This document shows positions 37,501 to 51,500 of a DNA stretch of 64,000 nucleotides, piece after piece. Position 1 is the first letter of the stretch, and every line of letters starts with the position of its first letter. The stretch comes from Lingula anatina (taxonomy: Eukaryota > Animalia > Brachiopoda), in NCBI GenBank assembly GCA_051362555.1, contig CM120642.1, positions 13,640,001-13,704,000 on the forward strand, in the 5' to 3' direction. Under the pieces are notes generated by a model. That model did no database searches, was not told the DNA's origin, and saw nothing but the letters and a program-made list of their open reading frames with translations. The position numbers and the translations under genes are program-made.

Positions 37501-39562
37501 AGTGAGTCTACTGTCCTACTGGTTGATGTAAATAAACGTCGCCAATGAAATATTTCAAACCAAAGCTAAGAATTGTTCTGAACTGCGCTTTAAAGCAAAC
37601 TCATTCGGTATACGCTTATTTGCTAAATTAAAAAAAGTCGGCTTTGGTACATGTATAATACATAGGATGAAATCGACTTGGTTCATCAAACGGCCTTCAG
37701 GAAAAGAATGAAGAAGGTTACAATGTTGGAGTCATTTAGAATTTATATAGAAATAAACAACTAAAAAAATCATTGGCCACACTGCAGGGGATTGGGATAA
37801 TTTCACTGCATGTAACTCCAGGTTAATAGCAATGACATGTGCAATACCCTGGTTATGCCGTGATGTGTATTCATAGTCGTTTACTTGAAGACAACTATCT
37901 TCAACACGTTATAATCGAACATCTTTTATGAATAGTATAATAATAGGACGATTTGGGATATATCCAGCTGATGCAAATATGCCAGAAGCTATATAATTGA
38001 AATATTGAAGGTATCAACAAGACATGACGCCATTAACATTAAGCTAACACAAAAAGCGATTATTAGCAAATAATTGTACTTGAACGATGTTCTAAATAAA
38101 TTACATTTTTTGTTTTGCAAAAGGTGTGTAGACTTTGTTTTTCTATAGACTTTATTTTTGCTAACCATAAGCAATGTTGATGCTTCCGTTTTTTTATTTG
38201 AAACTTGATTCTTTTTATTTCTAGGACATTCATGATCCGGTAAAATAATGGAAAAACTGAACGCCCATAGTTACCGAGAGGAAGGTTGGAATGTCGCCAG
38301 ACGAGCCCATACCCTTCTCTTAATCAAAGTAAAGAAATAGTTATTGCTGTTCAGATCATTCTCAATTGTCTTTAATGTATTTATGAAGTAATTCATTTTC
38401 TTTTGATTAACCCCTTTAATGTGACAACTAGTTTATGATGCTTAGCACATCCCAACATATTGGTGCACTCTCCTCCAACGTGTCACTCAGTTCATTGTGT
38501 TTGTTGTGATGACAAATTGTGTCCATTGTCCATTTTTTATTAGCGCATTGCGAAAAAGACGTTTTGCTGTAGGACACATGCTTTGGATATTGTGATTAAC
38601 TTTATCGATTAACGCCAAATATAACGCCTGTGTTAGTGGATTTAAAAGAAAAATAATCTTAATGAGTTCAATAAAAAAAAAACAAATGCTTCAGCGTTAT
38701 TTGCATTTTGCTTACTAAAATGTGTCCAGGGAAACAATGCAATACAGGTATGACATTTGGAAGCACAAAGATCTTTGGGACATTCCATTAATACCAAATT
38801 ATACAAAAAAAGTATTTTCGATGTGACTTATTTATTTATTGAAATGTGTATATTTTATAATTTTTCAGTTGGTTTCTGTGATTTTTTTTATACCTGCCCT
38901 TCGTTACCGACAGTATTTTTGTATTTCCCAATTTATTTTGTTGCCACCAATGCCATGAAATTGTAAACAGTACCGCCATATAATGGATAAAGTCTTTTTT
39001 ATTTGGACAAATACATGTGATAAATATATACATGTATATACTGGATAAGAATTTTTTAGACTTTTTAGTATAACGTATAGTGTTTAACTGGAGCCTAATT
39101 ACAAAGCATATTTTTGTGAGTTAGCATTCTGTCGCAGCTAGCATGCTGAGCATCCACTCTCAGTATATTGTTAGTTTAACTGCAAATGATTCATCACAAA
39201 GAAAATGTAAAATGTAAATTAGAAAGAAAGATTTTTCTCGTTTCATTTCTCCTTTTAACCATCCAGTCTAATAAAAAGACACTAAAAATTAAGTAGAACA
39301 TCGATTTCTTTACTTAAAGGGATAAAATCAATTTAAGAGAAAGTATATCGTGACTGAAGTATTCGATGCAGACATAAACTGCTCAGCTCTCCATTCCGTT
39401 ATTTAAAAAGTCAGTTTCATTTGTAAGTGTTTATTCTTAAAGCTTGTTTTATGTAAAAAAATTATCAGTCACATTAGGTGTGTTATACACCTGCGGCACA
39501 ATGTGTTCGACTAATTTAATGTCATACATCATCAGTCTTCATTTACTTAAGTGTTCACAGTT

Positions 39563-42500
39563 TTAGCCAACGAGAAGTTCCGACAATTTCACTCCTCCAC
39601 TACACTTCCGGTTCCAGAAAGTCAATTTACCAATGCCAGACACGTCCTCCGAGTTGCAGCATAGATACGCCTCTGATGCGTACGTACTTAACTCGTCCCC
39701 GCAGTCCTCCCCGGGATTATAAAACACTACCACTCTCTTCCCTGGGGGATCAATGTAATGGTTGTACGTCTCGCACATGATCTGGCCCATGGTTTTATAA
39801 ACTTGGTCATGGGCCGAGTTCTCCACCAACAGCTTGGTCTCGAACCCGAGGGTGTCACCTACGATGATCCTTGCTAGGCGTTCGCAGTCGGTAGGGCAGC
39901 TACGGAGCACCTTGAGGCACGTGAGGAGATCCTCTCGGCTGCCAATGGCCTTGCGTCTACGCAGTGTGTTGTAGAAGTTGGGGTACTTGTCCGTGATGAC
40001 ATAAGCGGCGCTCTCGTTACCATACATGTCCGTAGCCCACAAAGTCTTGTGACCGTAGATCAAGGTCGGGAGGTCAAATAAGATAGGACCCTGAGCGGTG
40101 CTGTTGGTTTCAGCTCTAAGTCGGCATCGGCAACTGTTTGAAGAAAAGACAAAGGGACAATTTTAAATAATAGATGTTATAACTGTATCGTGAAAAGTTA
40201 CCTTTATAATATACTACCAGTCATACTGGTAGTATGGCATGTCAAGCTGGAATATCTATATAAAGGAAAACTTTCTGTTACAAGTGTACTTTTAAATCGA
40301 AATTTCTTGTTAACGAATGAAATATAGAAGCATCCAAGACCAATGTTTTTACGATGTTCTGAAAAAGGATTGATACTACTATTTAGAAAAAAATCTGATA
40401 CTCACTGTCTGGTGTTTTTGTCTGTTGGCCTTTCATCTAAAATGAATATGTTTTAACAAGTAATCTTAAATCTTAATTTTGATCTTAAAAGATGAATACT
40501 TATAAACTTAGATTTAACTGTCTAACTGCCCTCTTGATGTTCAGGATTTAACAGTGGAATTTTTTATTATGATTATGATTGGACCAGAACCCGTAAATAC
40601 AGTTAAAGTTATTATTTAAAAAAGTTTTTTCAAACTCTTATAAAATGCTATAACGTTTGAAAAGAAACACCCTTACCATGGCAATTAAACCCATCCCCAG
40701 CAAAGCCCGCGTTGCACACGCATTTAAACGAGCCGTGGGTATTGATGCACGTTGCGTGCTGCGAGCATGGGTTTCTTTTACACTCATTGGCGTCCTGGTC
40801 TGAAAATAGAAAAATGACGAATACAACCATTAAATTAACGCCAACAGTTATGCGACATTATCCACTAAAAAGCGCTGGTCCCATGCGAGCCGATGAAGGA
40901 AAATATGCACTGAATAGCGTAAATTGACCCGAAGTGACCTCCAATATATAGCACCGCTTTGTATGAAAATCAATATGAACTAAATCTTTGTTTAAACAAA
41001 CAAAACCACAGAACAAGATAACATTCGTGTGAACACATACCACAAGTAAGTTTATCATTCCCCAGCTCCCAGCTGACGGGACAACTGCAGATGGCGCCAC
41101 TGTTACTATCAGTGCAGTTGTGACTGCAACCGCCATTGTTGATGCTGCATGTGCTTACTGAAATGGAAGAAGATCAAATTTCTAAATAACTGTTATTCTA
41201 TGCATTTAAATATTTTCAAAATGTTGAAGTCAAAGGCAGGGGCGGATCGAGGATTATTTGAAGGGGGGGGGTCTGCGGATGCGAAGCCGACCTCCCACCC
41301 CTTTTGTCGTGGGGTTCATCGGGTCCCTAAAGGTTTTGGTATTTTACAAGGCGAACCGTTTTATTTGGTACGGTTTTGTACAATAAATCAGCTTGTCAAA
41401 ATTCTACTTCCAAGAGTGGAATATTAGTGTGATTTTTTCAGAAACAGAAGAAAAAGAAACTTTAAATCCGCCACTGGTCAAAGCCATGGTAAACTATAAA
41501 TAGAAAGATTCCATGCATTCTGTGGAAGTTGAACATTTTATTTTTAGTTTCGTTTTTTCAAACTAAGCTTAGTTCTTACTGCATGTTTTGTTATCTTTTG
41601 CTAACACCATGTTCGCAGGGCATCCACAGGATATTTTCCCCTTGTCGTCTGCTTTGCAGAAATGGCTGCAACCGCCATTTTGATGAAGGCATGGAGTCAC
41701 TAAATGGAATATGATAAAATACAAAAATTCAAAGTAGGTAGGCCGGTCCTGTATATGCTACATCCTGTTTTGAATTTGATCGGCTAACATAAAATATGGC
41801 ATAACATTGGATTAGGGTATCCGATATAAAAGTCAATCAAATCAACTAATTATTTCTCCCACATATTGTCAATAATGTAAATCTTGTTATGAGAAATAAA
41901 AAAGCATATTGGATTATGAGCTCATCTGTATCTCTGTTAACACCACCCAGAGACAACATAAACTTAAAGGGTCAAGCATGTAATTGTACATCGACTTTAA
42001 CCAACAATAATTGTTAATCGACTTTAACCAACACGAGCTCTTACATGTGTATGTACATGTGTATGTACAGGTACATGTAGTTAGTGTCTTACCACAAATC
42101 TTTTTATCTCCCGCCAGAACCAAACCGGATGGACAGCTACAAGTGACGGTAGCATTCACGTCACCATGGCAACTGTGGCTACACCCACCATTGTCTATGT
42201 CACATGGAGATACTGTAAATGGAGGTAATGTAATCATATTACAGGGGGGATCCAGAGATGGGTTGGGATGGATCATCAAAGTGTAAAGCAAGTGTATATT
42301 TTAATGGTATGTGACCAAATATTTTCCGGCATAGATAATATAATTCATCAGTTTACATGTACATGTACCTTGTATAAAACATGGCCTGCTTATACAGGTA
42401 TATGCTGACTATATACCGAGTCGTAATCCAATTATACTGCTTTAAAACAGAGATACCCAATAAAGTGGCCAGAGAACGTCCAGAGTGCGTGCATGTACGT

Positions 42501-44736
42501 TGTACTCGTCTTGGACGCAGGGCGTAGAAGCACAGGGATGTTTCTTACCGCATGTGTTCTTGTCCTCAGCCAGCACCAGGTGGCTAGGACACGTACACAC
42601 TGGGCTGCCTTTGTCACCAGTACAGCCGTGAGTACACGTACTGTTCAGGCAGGGGTCGCTAGTGTCGGTCACTAGAAATGTTGAATATTACATATTATAC
42701 CACGAACATAATGCCTTCATTGTTCAGGCTGTGCGAAAAATCTCTTTCCCCAAACGCTCATGCACGCGTATTTTATATACTTTCTGTAGTAATGAAATCG
42801 GACAGCTACATGTAAGCTGGCGATATGACTTATGATAGGCCTATAATGGTAGTTAATTTAGATTTATTCAAGTAAACGAAATTTCTGTCACATATATTAT
42901 TTAGTTGAATCAACATGGCGTTTTGGTATCTGTTTAAGAAAAGGATTAGAAATATTAATATGTATCTGAAATAGAGTTTAATAATATTTCAACACAGAAA
43001 AGATAAACATTCAGGAAAATTCGTCCAACTGCTGAATCACGGAGAATTGGATAGCCAGGCCCCAGTTTCACAAAAAAACTTAAGTCAGGTCCCTGGCTTA
43101 GTTGACTAGGATTTCCATGAGAGTGCTGTTATACTGCTCCTGATAGGGTAAGACTTGTCCATGTGACCATGTAACCTTGGTAATTAAGTACTTAGCCAAG
43201 AAACCTGACTTAAGTTTTTTTGTGAAACCGGGGCCAGGTGTACCTCCGCACATGTTGACACGGCAGTTATTCCACTGGAACTGAGGAAACTTGTACACAT
43301 AGTATCCGCCCGGACATTTCCGCACCATGGCGTAGTCAAATGTGGTGTAAGCGTTGTCTATACAGGTACAGCTGGAGCTGGAGGACCGAGTGCAGATCTT
43401 TCTTTTGACGATGCCATCCTTCACAGTTGGGTGACCGCCTAATAACCATCGTGTTTTACCATTTCCTCCACAATGATTCCAGGACACACACTGGAGACAG
43501 ATAGCACCATTTTTATTTACACAGTTGTAAGTGGTGTTGTGGATATAATCGTCACACTTTTTTTCCATTTTGGAAAGAAACCGCAGTTTCAACCTAATTT
43601 CTTTAGAATGTACTAGTTGTTAATTCATGTTGGTCCCAGACCACCCTACTGACAAATTATTATTGGCACTTACAAGTAAAGGCGAGTCCATCTCGGGAAC
43701 GTAGATCTAACTATTACCTCTGTGAACCGTCAGTGAATGGGATGTGCTGCTGAGTGACGAACAGGGTCAGAAATGAAAACTGGGGTTACAACTTGGCTGG
43801 TAGCCTTTGGGGCGGATCCAGGATTATTTGAAGGGGGGTCCGGTTTTTAGGAATGACAGGCCGTGGATACGAACCCGACCCCCATCCCCACCCCCTGGCG
43901 TGGGGTTCTGGTCCCGTTGAAGGGACCGAATTTTTTTTTTTTTTTTTTTTGTATTTTAGAGAGCGAACGGTGCCATTTGGTACAGTTTATAACTATGATT
44001 CAGCTGGTCAAAATTCTAATTTCGGAGGGGACCATTGGTGTGTTTTTTTTTCAGAAAACTTAGGGGGGGGGTTGTCAGGGCTCCTGTAACACCCCCTAAA
44101 TCCGCCACTATAAGGTACTTGGTATATCGTTTAAAATGCTATATTGTTATTATTGTTATTACAAAAGCCATTCGTTAACTTGCCGAGTCCGCCATCCGGT
44201 TGCCTGCGCCTTTTACAAATCTGTACCAGCCTTCAAAGCTTGTCGTATCGTCACAATAATTGTTTGAACCATATCGTGCATTTCTCCATTCTTGGTCTAG
44301 TAGTTTGTATATCTTACATGGATCCACTGAAAAAAATCATGGAGGCTAAATAATGTGGGTTTATTTTGTTACCCTGTGAAAATCAAACGTATTATATCGA
44401 TTTTCAGCTTCACTGTCTATGTACTGAAAAAAAAAACGAGAAGGTAAAACTATGCAAAACTACGCAGTAATATTTGTGTATTTTGAGCGGAAGAAAACTT
44501 TCAAAAATGAATTGTTTTCTTTTTGCATTTTAATTAGTTTGAGCATTTTAATTGCACATACCGCACGTTTTTTTATCCTTGTCTAACTCCATGGTCTCCG
44601 GGCACGCACATGTTTTGCTGCCAGCTCCTTGTGACCGACATGTATGACTACAACCGCCATTGTTACTTGAACACGGGGATACTAAAGTAAACCACACCAA
44701 ATGAATCTTTTTGTGCATTCTATAGGAAAGTCAATG

Positions 44737-44802
<66 letters not shown>

Positions 44803-45293
44803 GAGACAGAGAGAGAGACAGAGAGAGAGTTTTGGCGAATGCAATGTAGTAGTTACTGTGAAACATGAAAAAATAAGCATGCAAACAACTACTCACCGCA
44901 GCTTTGGTTTTGGTTTGAGTTGAGCACGTTAGCTGGACACGTGCACTGCGCCTGTCCATTCTGGTTGACACACCCGTATGTACAGTTACTGTCTAAGCAC
45001 GGGTCACTGGTGTCTTTTACTAATCGATAATGTGGAAATTATAACATTTAACAATAATCAAGAGATTTAAATGATTAATATTTAAAACAAATATGCAAGC
45101 TTTCATGCTTATGGTTCGTGCAAATCAACCAATTCACTGTGAGTTGATAACATGTAAATATCATGGAAGATATCGTGTGTTTCAATGTCTCATGATCAGT
45201 TTTCACCATGGGCAGATTTTTACGCAGAAACGAATAGTTAGAGGCTAATGTGTTTACGTTGGCAAGTTGCGCCTACAGAAGTACACATCACGA

Positions 45294-45357
<64 letters not shown>

Positions 45358-46949
45358 ACAGGTGGTAATGGGTAAACGGAATCATTACCTATTGACATCA
45401 TTAAAGACAAGAGAAAGAGAGCAAGACAGAGTGGCAGACAGATTTTAAACCATACCTGCACAGAATGCCCTGTAACACAAGTTTTGCAGATTTGGCAGCT
45501 GATACACATAATATCCTCCTGGGCACTTCTTAACTTTGACGTATTCATACACTTGTAAATGTGAATGATGAGAGCTGGTAGCACACGTAGATGAATAGTA
45601 TGTACACAGTCGCCGTGACACTATCCCATTGCTGACCTTTGGGTGACCACCGGACAACCAGATAGGGTAGTGAGTCCCGCAGTGGTTCTGTGATGGCGCC
45701 TAGGAGAGAACATTCACATACTTGTGAAGTGTTTTATATAAAAAAGAACACTTCAAACAAAACGTAACTGTTTTAGGATTAGTAAAAACACGATTGACAG
45801 GATCTTGATTTTATTATTCTTTTATTATTTCTTTTTTTAATATTTTATGTTCTCTTGAAGTGTATTAAGGTGCCTAGTGCTACTTTTTAAAGAGTCATGA
45901 CTTAATACAACTATATCAGTAGAGATCTAATGCGTGCACTTGTATGTAAGTGGCGTAGAAATTGAGAAAAGTGATATACATGTACACTGTAGATAAGGAG
46001 AGTTACATATTTAAGAAGATATGAAAAACACCACTGTACCGAATCAGGCATCTTGTTGCCAGCCCTCCCCATAAAGCGGTACCAGCCATGCCAGCGGTGA
46101 CTGATATCACAGAAATATTTTTGTCCGTAGTTTATGTTTCTCCATTCGTCAGTTATGGGTTGATAGTTGTGACACGGGTCATCTGCAGACGGAGGGTTTT
46201 GTTATTTAACTTATGAGGTGTTATATAATAATGTTCAAATGCAATTTAATCTACAAGCTAAATTTCGAGGTGGGCACTGAAGTCAATAACTAAAGTTTAG
46301 TTTTGATTTTCGTTTTTCACAAACGAATCTGGTAACCAGACACTAGTGTCGTTCTTTTACAAAAAAAAAAAAAAAATGAATACATAAATAAATAAATAAA
46401 ATAAAATAAACTGGAATCTGGAAATCGAGAACGTTTACGCAGGGGTTTGAATATACATGTATATACACGGATAGGGATGCACATGTAGTATAGCAGATGT
46501 AGTATAGCAGATGCATCTGCACATGTAGTATAGCAGATACTTGGCCCATTTTTAAAACGACTGAAGATTTCTTTCTTACCCTGTACATGAAGTAACCAAT
46601 TCTAAACTTCTAAATTAATTAGGATGTTGGTTTTAGGAAAATTCTCTTACAATTGAAACACATGAAATGTATTTGGCATTTTAAAATAGGCCACTGTCAG
46701 CAACGTTTGAAAAAATAGTCAATACAAGGGTATGAGATATAGGCTTAATCCGAATATGCGTTATGAGAAAATGTAAAATCAATAGGCTAATATTCTTAGC
46801 TATTACAACTGAGATCCAGTTGTGAACCCCTTTCTCCGTTGAATACGAAAACGGTAATCTAGGTATTTAATTCACCTACCGTTTGCTCTTACAGTCGCCC
46901 CTAAAACCCCCGTGAGCAGCAATAATAACTGATAGCTTGCGTCTTTCAT
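39563..46949 (-). CDS. Gene A2: secreted protein, D8C-EGF-EGF-D10C-4xEGF-cbEGF-unassigned 10-Cys C-terminal domain (~764 aa)
   Basis: 14 exons: 46949-46880, 46182-46040, 45699-45456, 45019-44897, 44681-44562, 44326-44184 (GC donor), 43490-43244, 42671-42549, 42212-42093, 41699-41580, 41157-41041, 40799-40677, 40436-40406 and 40133-39563. They sum to 2295 nt with consistent phases. Confidence 0.88.
41237..41476. mobile_element. hAT-type MITE in A2 intron 10
   Basis: Termini CAGGGGCGGAT / ATCCGCCACTG, with an 8-bp TSD GTCAAAGG (41229-41236) / GTCAAAGC (41477-41484), one mismatch. Confidence 0.75.
43059..43234. mobile_element. PIF/Harbinger-like MITE in A2 intron 7
   Basis: ~31-bp TIRs GCCCCAGTTTCACAAAAAAACTTAAGTCAGG / CCTGACTTAAGTTTTTTTGTGAAACCGGGGC with a 3-bp CAG TSD (43056-43058, 43235-43237). 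Confidence 0.8.
43808..44109. mobile_element. MITE related to the 41237-41476 element, in A2 intron 6
   Basis: GGGGCGGATCCAGGATTATTTGAAGGGGGG ... CCCCTAAATCCGCCACT shares both ends with the 41237 copy. No TSD recovered. Confidence 0.65.
45296..45352. repeat. (TA)n microsatellite
   Basis: Directly visible; absent at the paralogous position in A1 intron 3 (~2080). Confidence 0.95.
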
Positions 46950-47153
46950 GATGCGGGTCATATCGTGGAATGTTAACGGTAACTACGGTGTCAATATATG
47001 ACGGTGCACGGGTCGAAGTATCAACCAATAGAATGAAGATTTTAAAAAAGGAGAATAGGGGTTGCAAATGAGAGGCTCCTATTGGACGCAGCGGTTAAAT
47101 ATAAAGTGGTCTTTAGAGTTCAGTTGTAAATTATCATTCACCAATTTATTAGG
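46950..47153. promoter_or_regulatory. Putative compact bidirectional promoter of A2/B2
   Basis: 204 bp between divergent ATGs (46949 on -, 47154 on +). CCAAT at 47025-47029 and ATTGG at 47081-47085 (56-bp offset, same as copy 1), with flanking AATATATGA and TTAAATATAAAG. Confidence 0.65.
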
Positions 47154-48165
47154 ATGCTTACGATTGTTCCACTGTTTTTGTGTGTAGCCAAACTGGTAGT
47201 GGCATTAACAGGGAGTATGTTTTGCACGGGAAAGCAAAGACTTATGTCGAATATTGTCCTAAATTTAATTTTTTTAAATAACCATGCATGTATGTATGCA
47301 CTTTTTATAATCTGCCAACAATATTCACCTTAAACCAAGTATGTAAATTATTTGCACACCATAGTTCCATAGCCTTGCTTTGTTCATCGAAACAGATTTG
47401 CTTAATGCATGTTCTTATTTATTTTATTCAGGTGACCCTTGCCACGATTATATTGAACTGTTTGAACCTTGGAGGAAAAGCAGCTACAGCAGCTCTAGAT
47501 ATTTTTATGAGGAGTATGGGATGACAAACGATTGGTTTCGTATCACAGGAGAAGCGGGAAATAAGGTGGCAAACACGGTACGGATTTTCTCATCAAAATG
47601 TTTTGGTACCTGTTCTGTGCTAATTGGTTAAAACAGGTGTAAAGTACATGGTCTGGTACACGTAGTTAAATGTGTTATTCGTATGCTAGCTTTCAGCGGC
47701 TCGTGCGGCAGCTGGTATGTACTTCCTACAAGGAGGGAACAATATCTAAAACCAGTCTAAATCAGCCTCAAATAAAATTTCACGCACGGTGTTTATTAAT
47801 TTTAATCTATTGTAAACCGCACTGAGACGCTGTGGAGTGTGGTATATGTACAATGACCAAACTTTATTTAACTTTTACTTCACGGCATCGTTTATATAGT
47901 ATTCATAGTATTTATTTATTAATGTTTATGTCAGCCGGGTTGGACAAACTTTTTAAAATGCATTCAATAGTTACATAAAAGTAATTGATACTTTTTCTCT
48001 TTATCAATGCATCTTTTTATCGAACCTTATCTGTTTTATTTTAAAATGTATGCAATAATAGTAATATTAATACTTATTATAATCATTATTATTATCATTA
48101 TTATTTTACATTATTTATTGCACACATTTAAAAATAAAACAGATAAGGTGTGGTAATGATTAAAA

Positions 48166-48197
<32 letters not shown>

Positions 48198-48482
48198 AGT
48201 GTCCTTCCCTCTACTATTGCGGTACCCATTACCCTATGTGGATGCTTGGAGATCACCCTACAGCGGCTGAAGGAATTGTCAAACACACACTTTGCACCAG
48301 ATCCTCCTCCAGCTACTGCTGCACCACTCCCAGTGAGAGCTCTACTTTTAAGGGAGACGTCATCTACGTGAAGAAATGTCCTGGTGGATATTATGTGTAC
48401 AGGATACCTAATCTAAAACACTGGAGTAGCAGGGCTGTTTGTTCAAGTAAGTGCAACATTTTAAATTCAGATTGTGTGCACG

Positions 48483-48518
<36 letters not shown>

Positions 48519-51500
48519 TGTGTGTGTGTGGCGTCTTCATGCCTATGGAATTAGAGTGCATACTTGCGTTCCTTTGTAATAACCTACATGAAATTGAAAT
48601 AACTTTATGCTTTGCTTCGTCAAATAAAAAAAAAAAAAGAAAAAAGAAAAAATCACCAAAAAACCTTCAGTGCAAAACAGTTCTCCGAATTGAGTTTTGA
48701 ACTGTTTTAGGAAATGTCATTACAGATATATTTTGTGTTAACAGCAAAGGACAGCAGTGACCCGTGCCTGGACAGTAACTGTACATACGGCTGTGTTAAC
48801 AACAATGGGAAGTTTGAGTGCACCTGTCCACCTGATATGGTCAAGTCTGGGGACAACTGTGGTCAGTTTTCTTGGACTCTTGTTATTTTGTGTGTTGGGT
48901 TATGAAGGGTAGACAAAACAAATGTCCGACCTTTCATCACTCAAACATTTTCAAGGTTAATTTAAGAAAATATCTATCTTTGTCTCTTAGCAATTGCTAC
49001 TGCTTCATTGGGGTTTCCCTGGCTCAAAATTTTTGACTCAGTGGCTTTTGTAACCTCCCCTTTAAAATCAAAATTAAGGAAAAAATGGCGAAATGATTTT
49101 AAGTTTCATCCATTTTATCTTAGAAATGCTCATTAATTGGTAATCTTCAAACATCGCTTCCTTCGCTATCTACCTGATATACATTTTGCTAATACTTGTA
49201 TAAATATCAAAGATTATATTATATTATATTATATTATATTATATTATATTATATTATATTATATTATATCTCAATCATCCAGTGCTACCATGCCAAGTCA
49301 ACAACCCTGGCTGCAGCCATGAATGCGTCAACCAAGCTGATGGCACAACTACTTGTCGCTGTCCATTTTACCTGACTCTGGGCGCAGACAATAAGACGTG
49401 CAGTGAGTAGAAAGGTTTTGAAATGTTACATGATGTACGCAGAGCGGTTGGTGTTTTTAGGCTTTGGACTAATGAAAAATCTTATTCGCCTTAGTTCAGG
49501 TTAACTCCATCAACGATACGACAGCGATCTCTTACAGCACCCTTTAATTGAAGTAAACAAAGCTTTTATCCAACTGCAATACATTTTTTATTATGGTTTA
49601 ACTTTTTGTATTATCTGTATTCTAACCTTTCTCATCATGGAAATTAGATATTCTATCGACATAAATATGATAATGGATTATTTATTTTTTCTATTCTATT
49701 CTACCACATGTACCATAATGAAGCTTATATGGTAAAGGGCAAAGAAGTATTATGCGCGCCCAGAGTATTTAAAATCACCTTAATACAAGTATTCCACGTA
49801 TTTCCAGTAAGCAAGTGTCAGACCAACAATGGCGGTTGCAGTGATTATTGTCACGAAGACGGACAAGGCGATGTCGCCTGTAGTTGTCCTGCAAATCTGG
49901 TACTCGCCAGCGACAGGAAAACTTGTAGTATGGATGCTCAAATATAATATGGAACGCTGAAAAGTTTTTATTAATAACAAATTTGCAGCATATATACAAT
50001 GTGCATGTACATGAAAGTAGTTTGTTGAAACGGGGTTTGAATGTATCTTCACTGTTCATTTTATAAAACGCACAAAATCTCAGTTCATCAATAATCTTAT
50101 GTTACGATTTTTCATTTGAAGGTAGACAAGGTGTTATATTTGAGTCTACCAAGCATTATGATTACTTTCTACAGAAACTTCATGCACCATCAACAATGGC
50201 GACTGCAGTCACGTTTGCAATAACACGGACAGGGGTGTCGTCTGCGGTTGTCCTCCAAATTTAGAAATGGGAGATGATGGGAAAACTTGTGGTACGTCAA
50301 CGTCTTTGATTTACAAGCAATAAACCTGTTTTTAGTAGGAGTTACCATACAATTTGATTTTTAGTAATGAACGAAAAAGAATCGGAAGCCGGGGGATATC
50401 ACCATTAAAATTCCTCATATAAATTACCGGCCATCATATATTTTGTTATGCTCTTTCTTAGCTGAAGAAAAAAATGATGCAATCTGTTTTCTTAAAGTAA
50501 ACACAAAATGTTATTTCCACACATTTAGACAAGGATGTTAATGAATGTCGAAGTCAAACCCCGCCATGTTCCCAATATGCTGACTGTACCAATACATTCG
50601 GAAGTTACACTTGTACCTGCAAACTCGGCTACTTTGGGGATGGCCTCCAATGTTTAGGTAGGTTAGTTTTAAATATCACTTGGTCTTTGAAAAAATTTAA
50701 TTTAAATCTGTTAAGAACCATATACGTATATCAGATAGCAAGTAACACATGTAGAATTAATATATATTTTTCATGGAAATGCCATCCAAAATAAAATGCA
50801 CGCATAGTATACATGTATATTAAAACGACTTCTAAAAAGATCTAAAGTTCAATCTCCTCGGTGCATTTAGGGGTGGTTTTATATTATACTCTTGTCTTTT
50901 ACTTCAGAGGAGAAAGCCACCGATCCTAGCACGAAAAGGTTAGTGTTGCTATAATATATCTATAAATCGTTATGTTTTTGAATGTGCATATCATGTATTT
51001 ATAATGTCTGTGCTACAAATGTTAAAGATGAAGTGAAATGGTCATAAAACAGTACATCAAAATGAAATTCATAAATATTATTTACAGGTGCGAATGTCGT
51101 CTGAGGGCAGAAATAAACAGCACTTCTCCCGGCGCTATACTTTACGAGTTCCCCACCCTCATCTACGGGTTTAAAGGGGTCTGGGTGCTGGAGCGAAACG
51201 CCACAGTCCCTGTCCCGGTTACTGATCGTTTCCCAGATTTCTACAAAACCCGGCTGGTGCGACGTGAACTAAAGTTACCCGATCTTTATACCTGTCTACG
51301 CGTTCTTAGAGACTGTCCCTTTGATTGCGAGAGACTGGCTAAGATAACCTTAGGCGACGAGGGGATTGCCAAGAAATTTCCGGTTAAGAACTCTGCTGGC
51401 GTCGACGTTAGGAAGTCTTTGGGACAGATTTCTTGTGAGCGTTTCGGTAAAGATTTCCTTACCCCTGGCAAACGTGTGGTGACATTCTACAACCCTCCTC

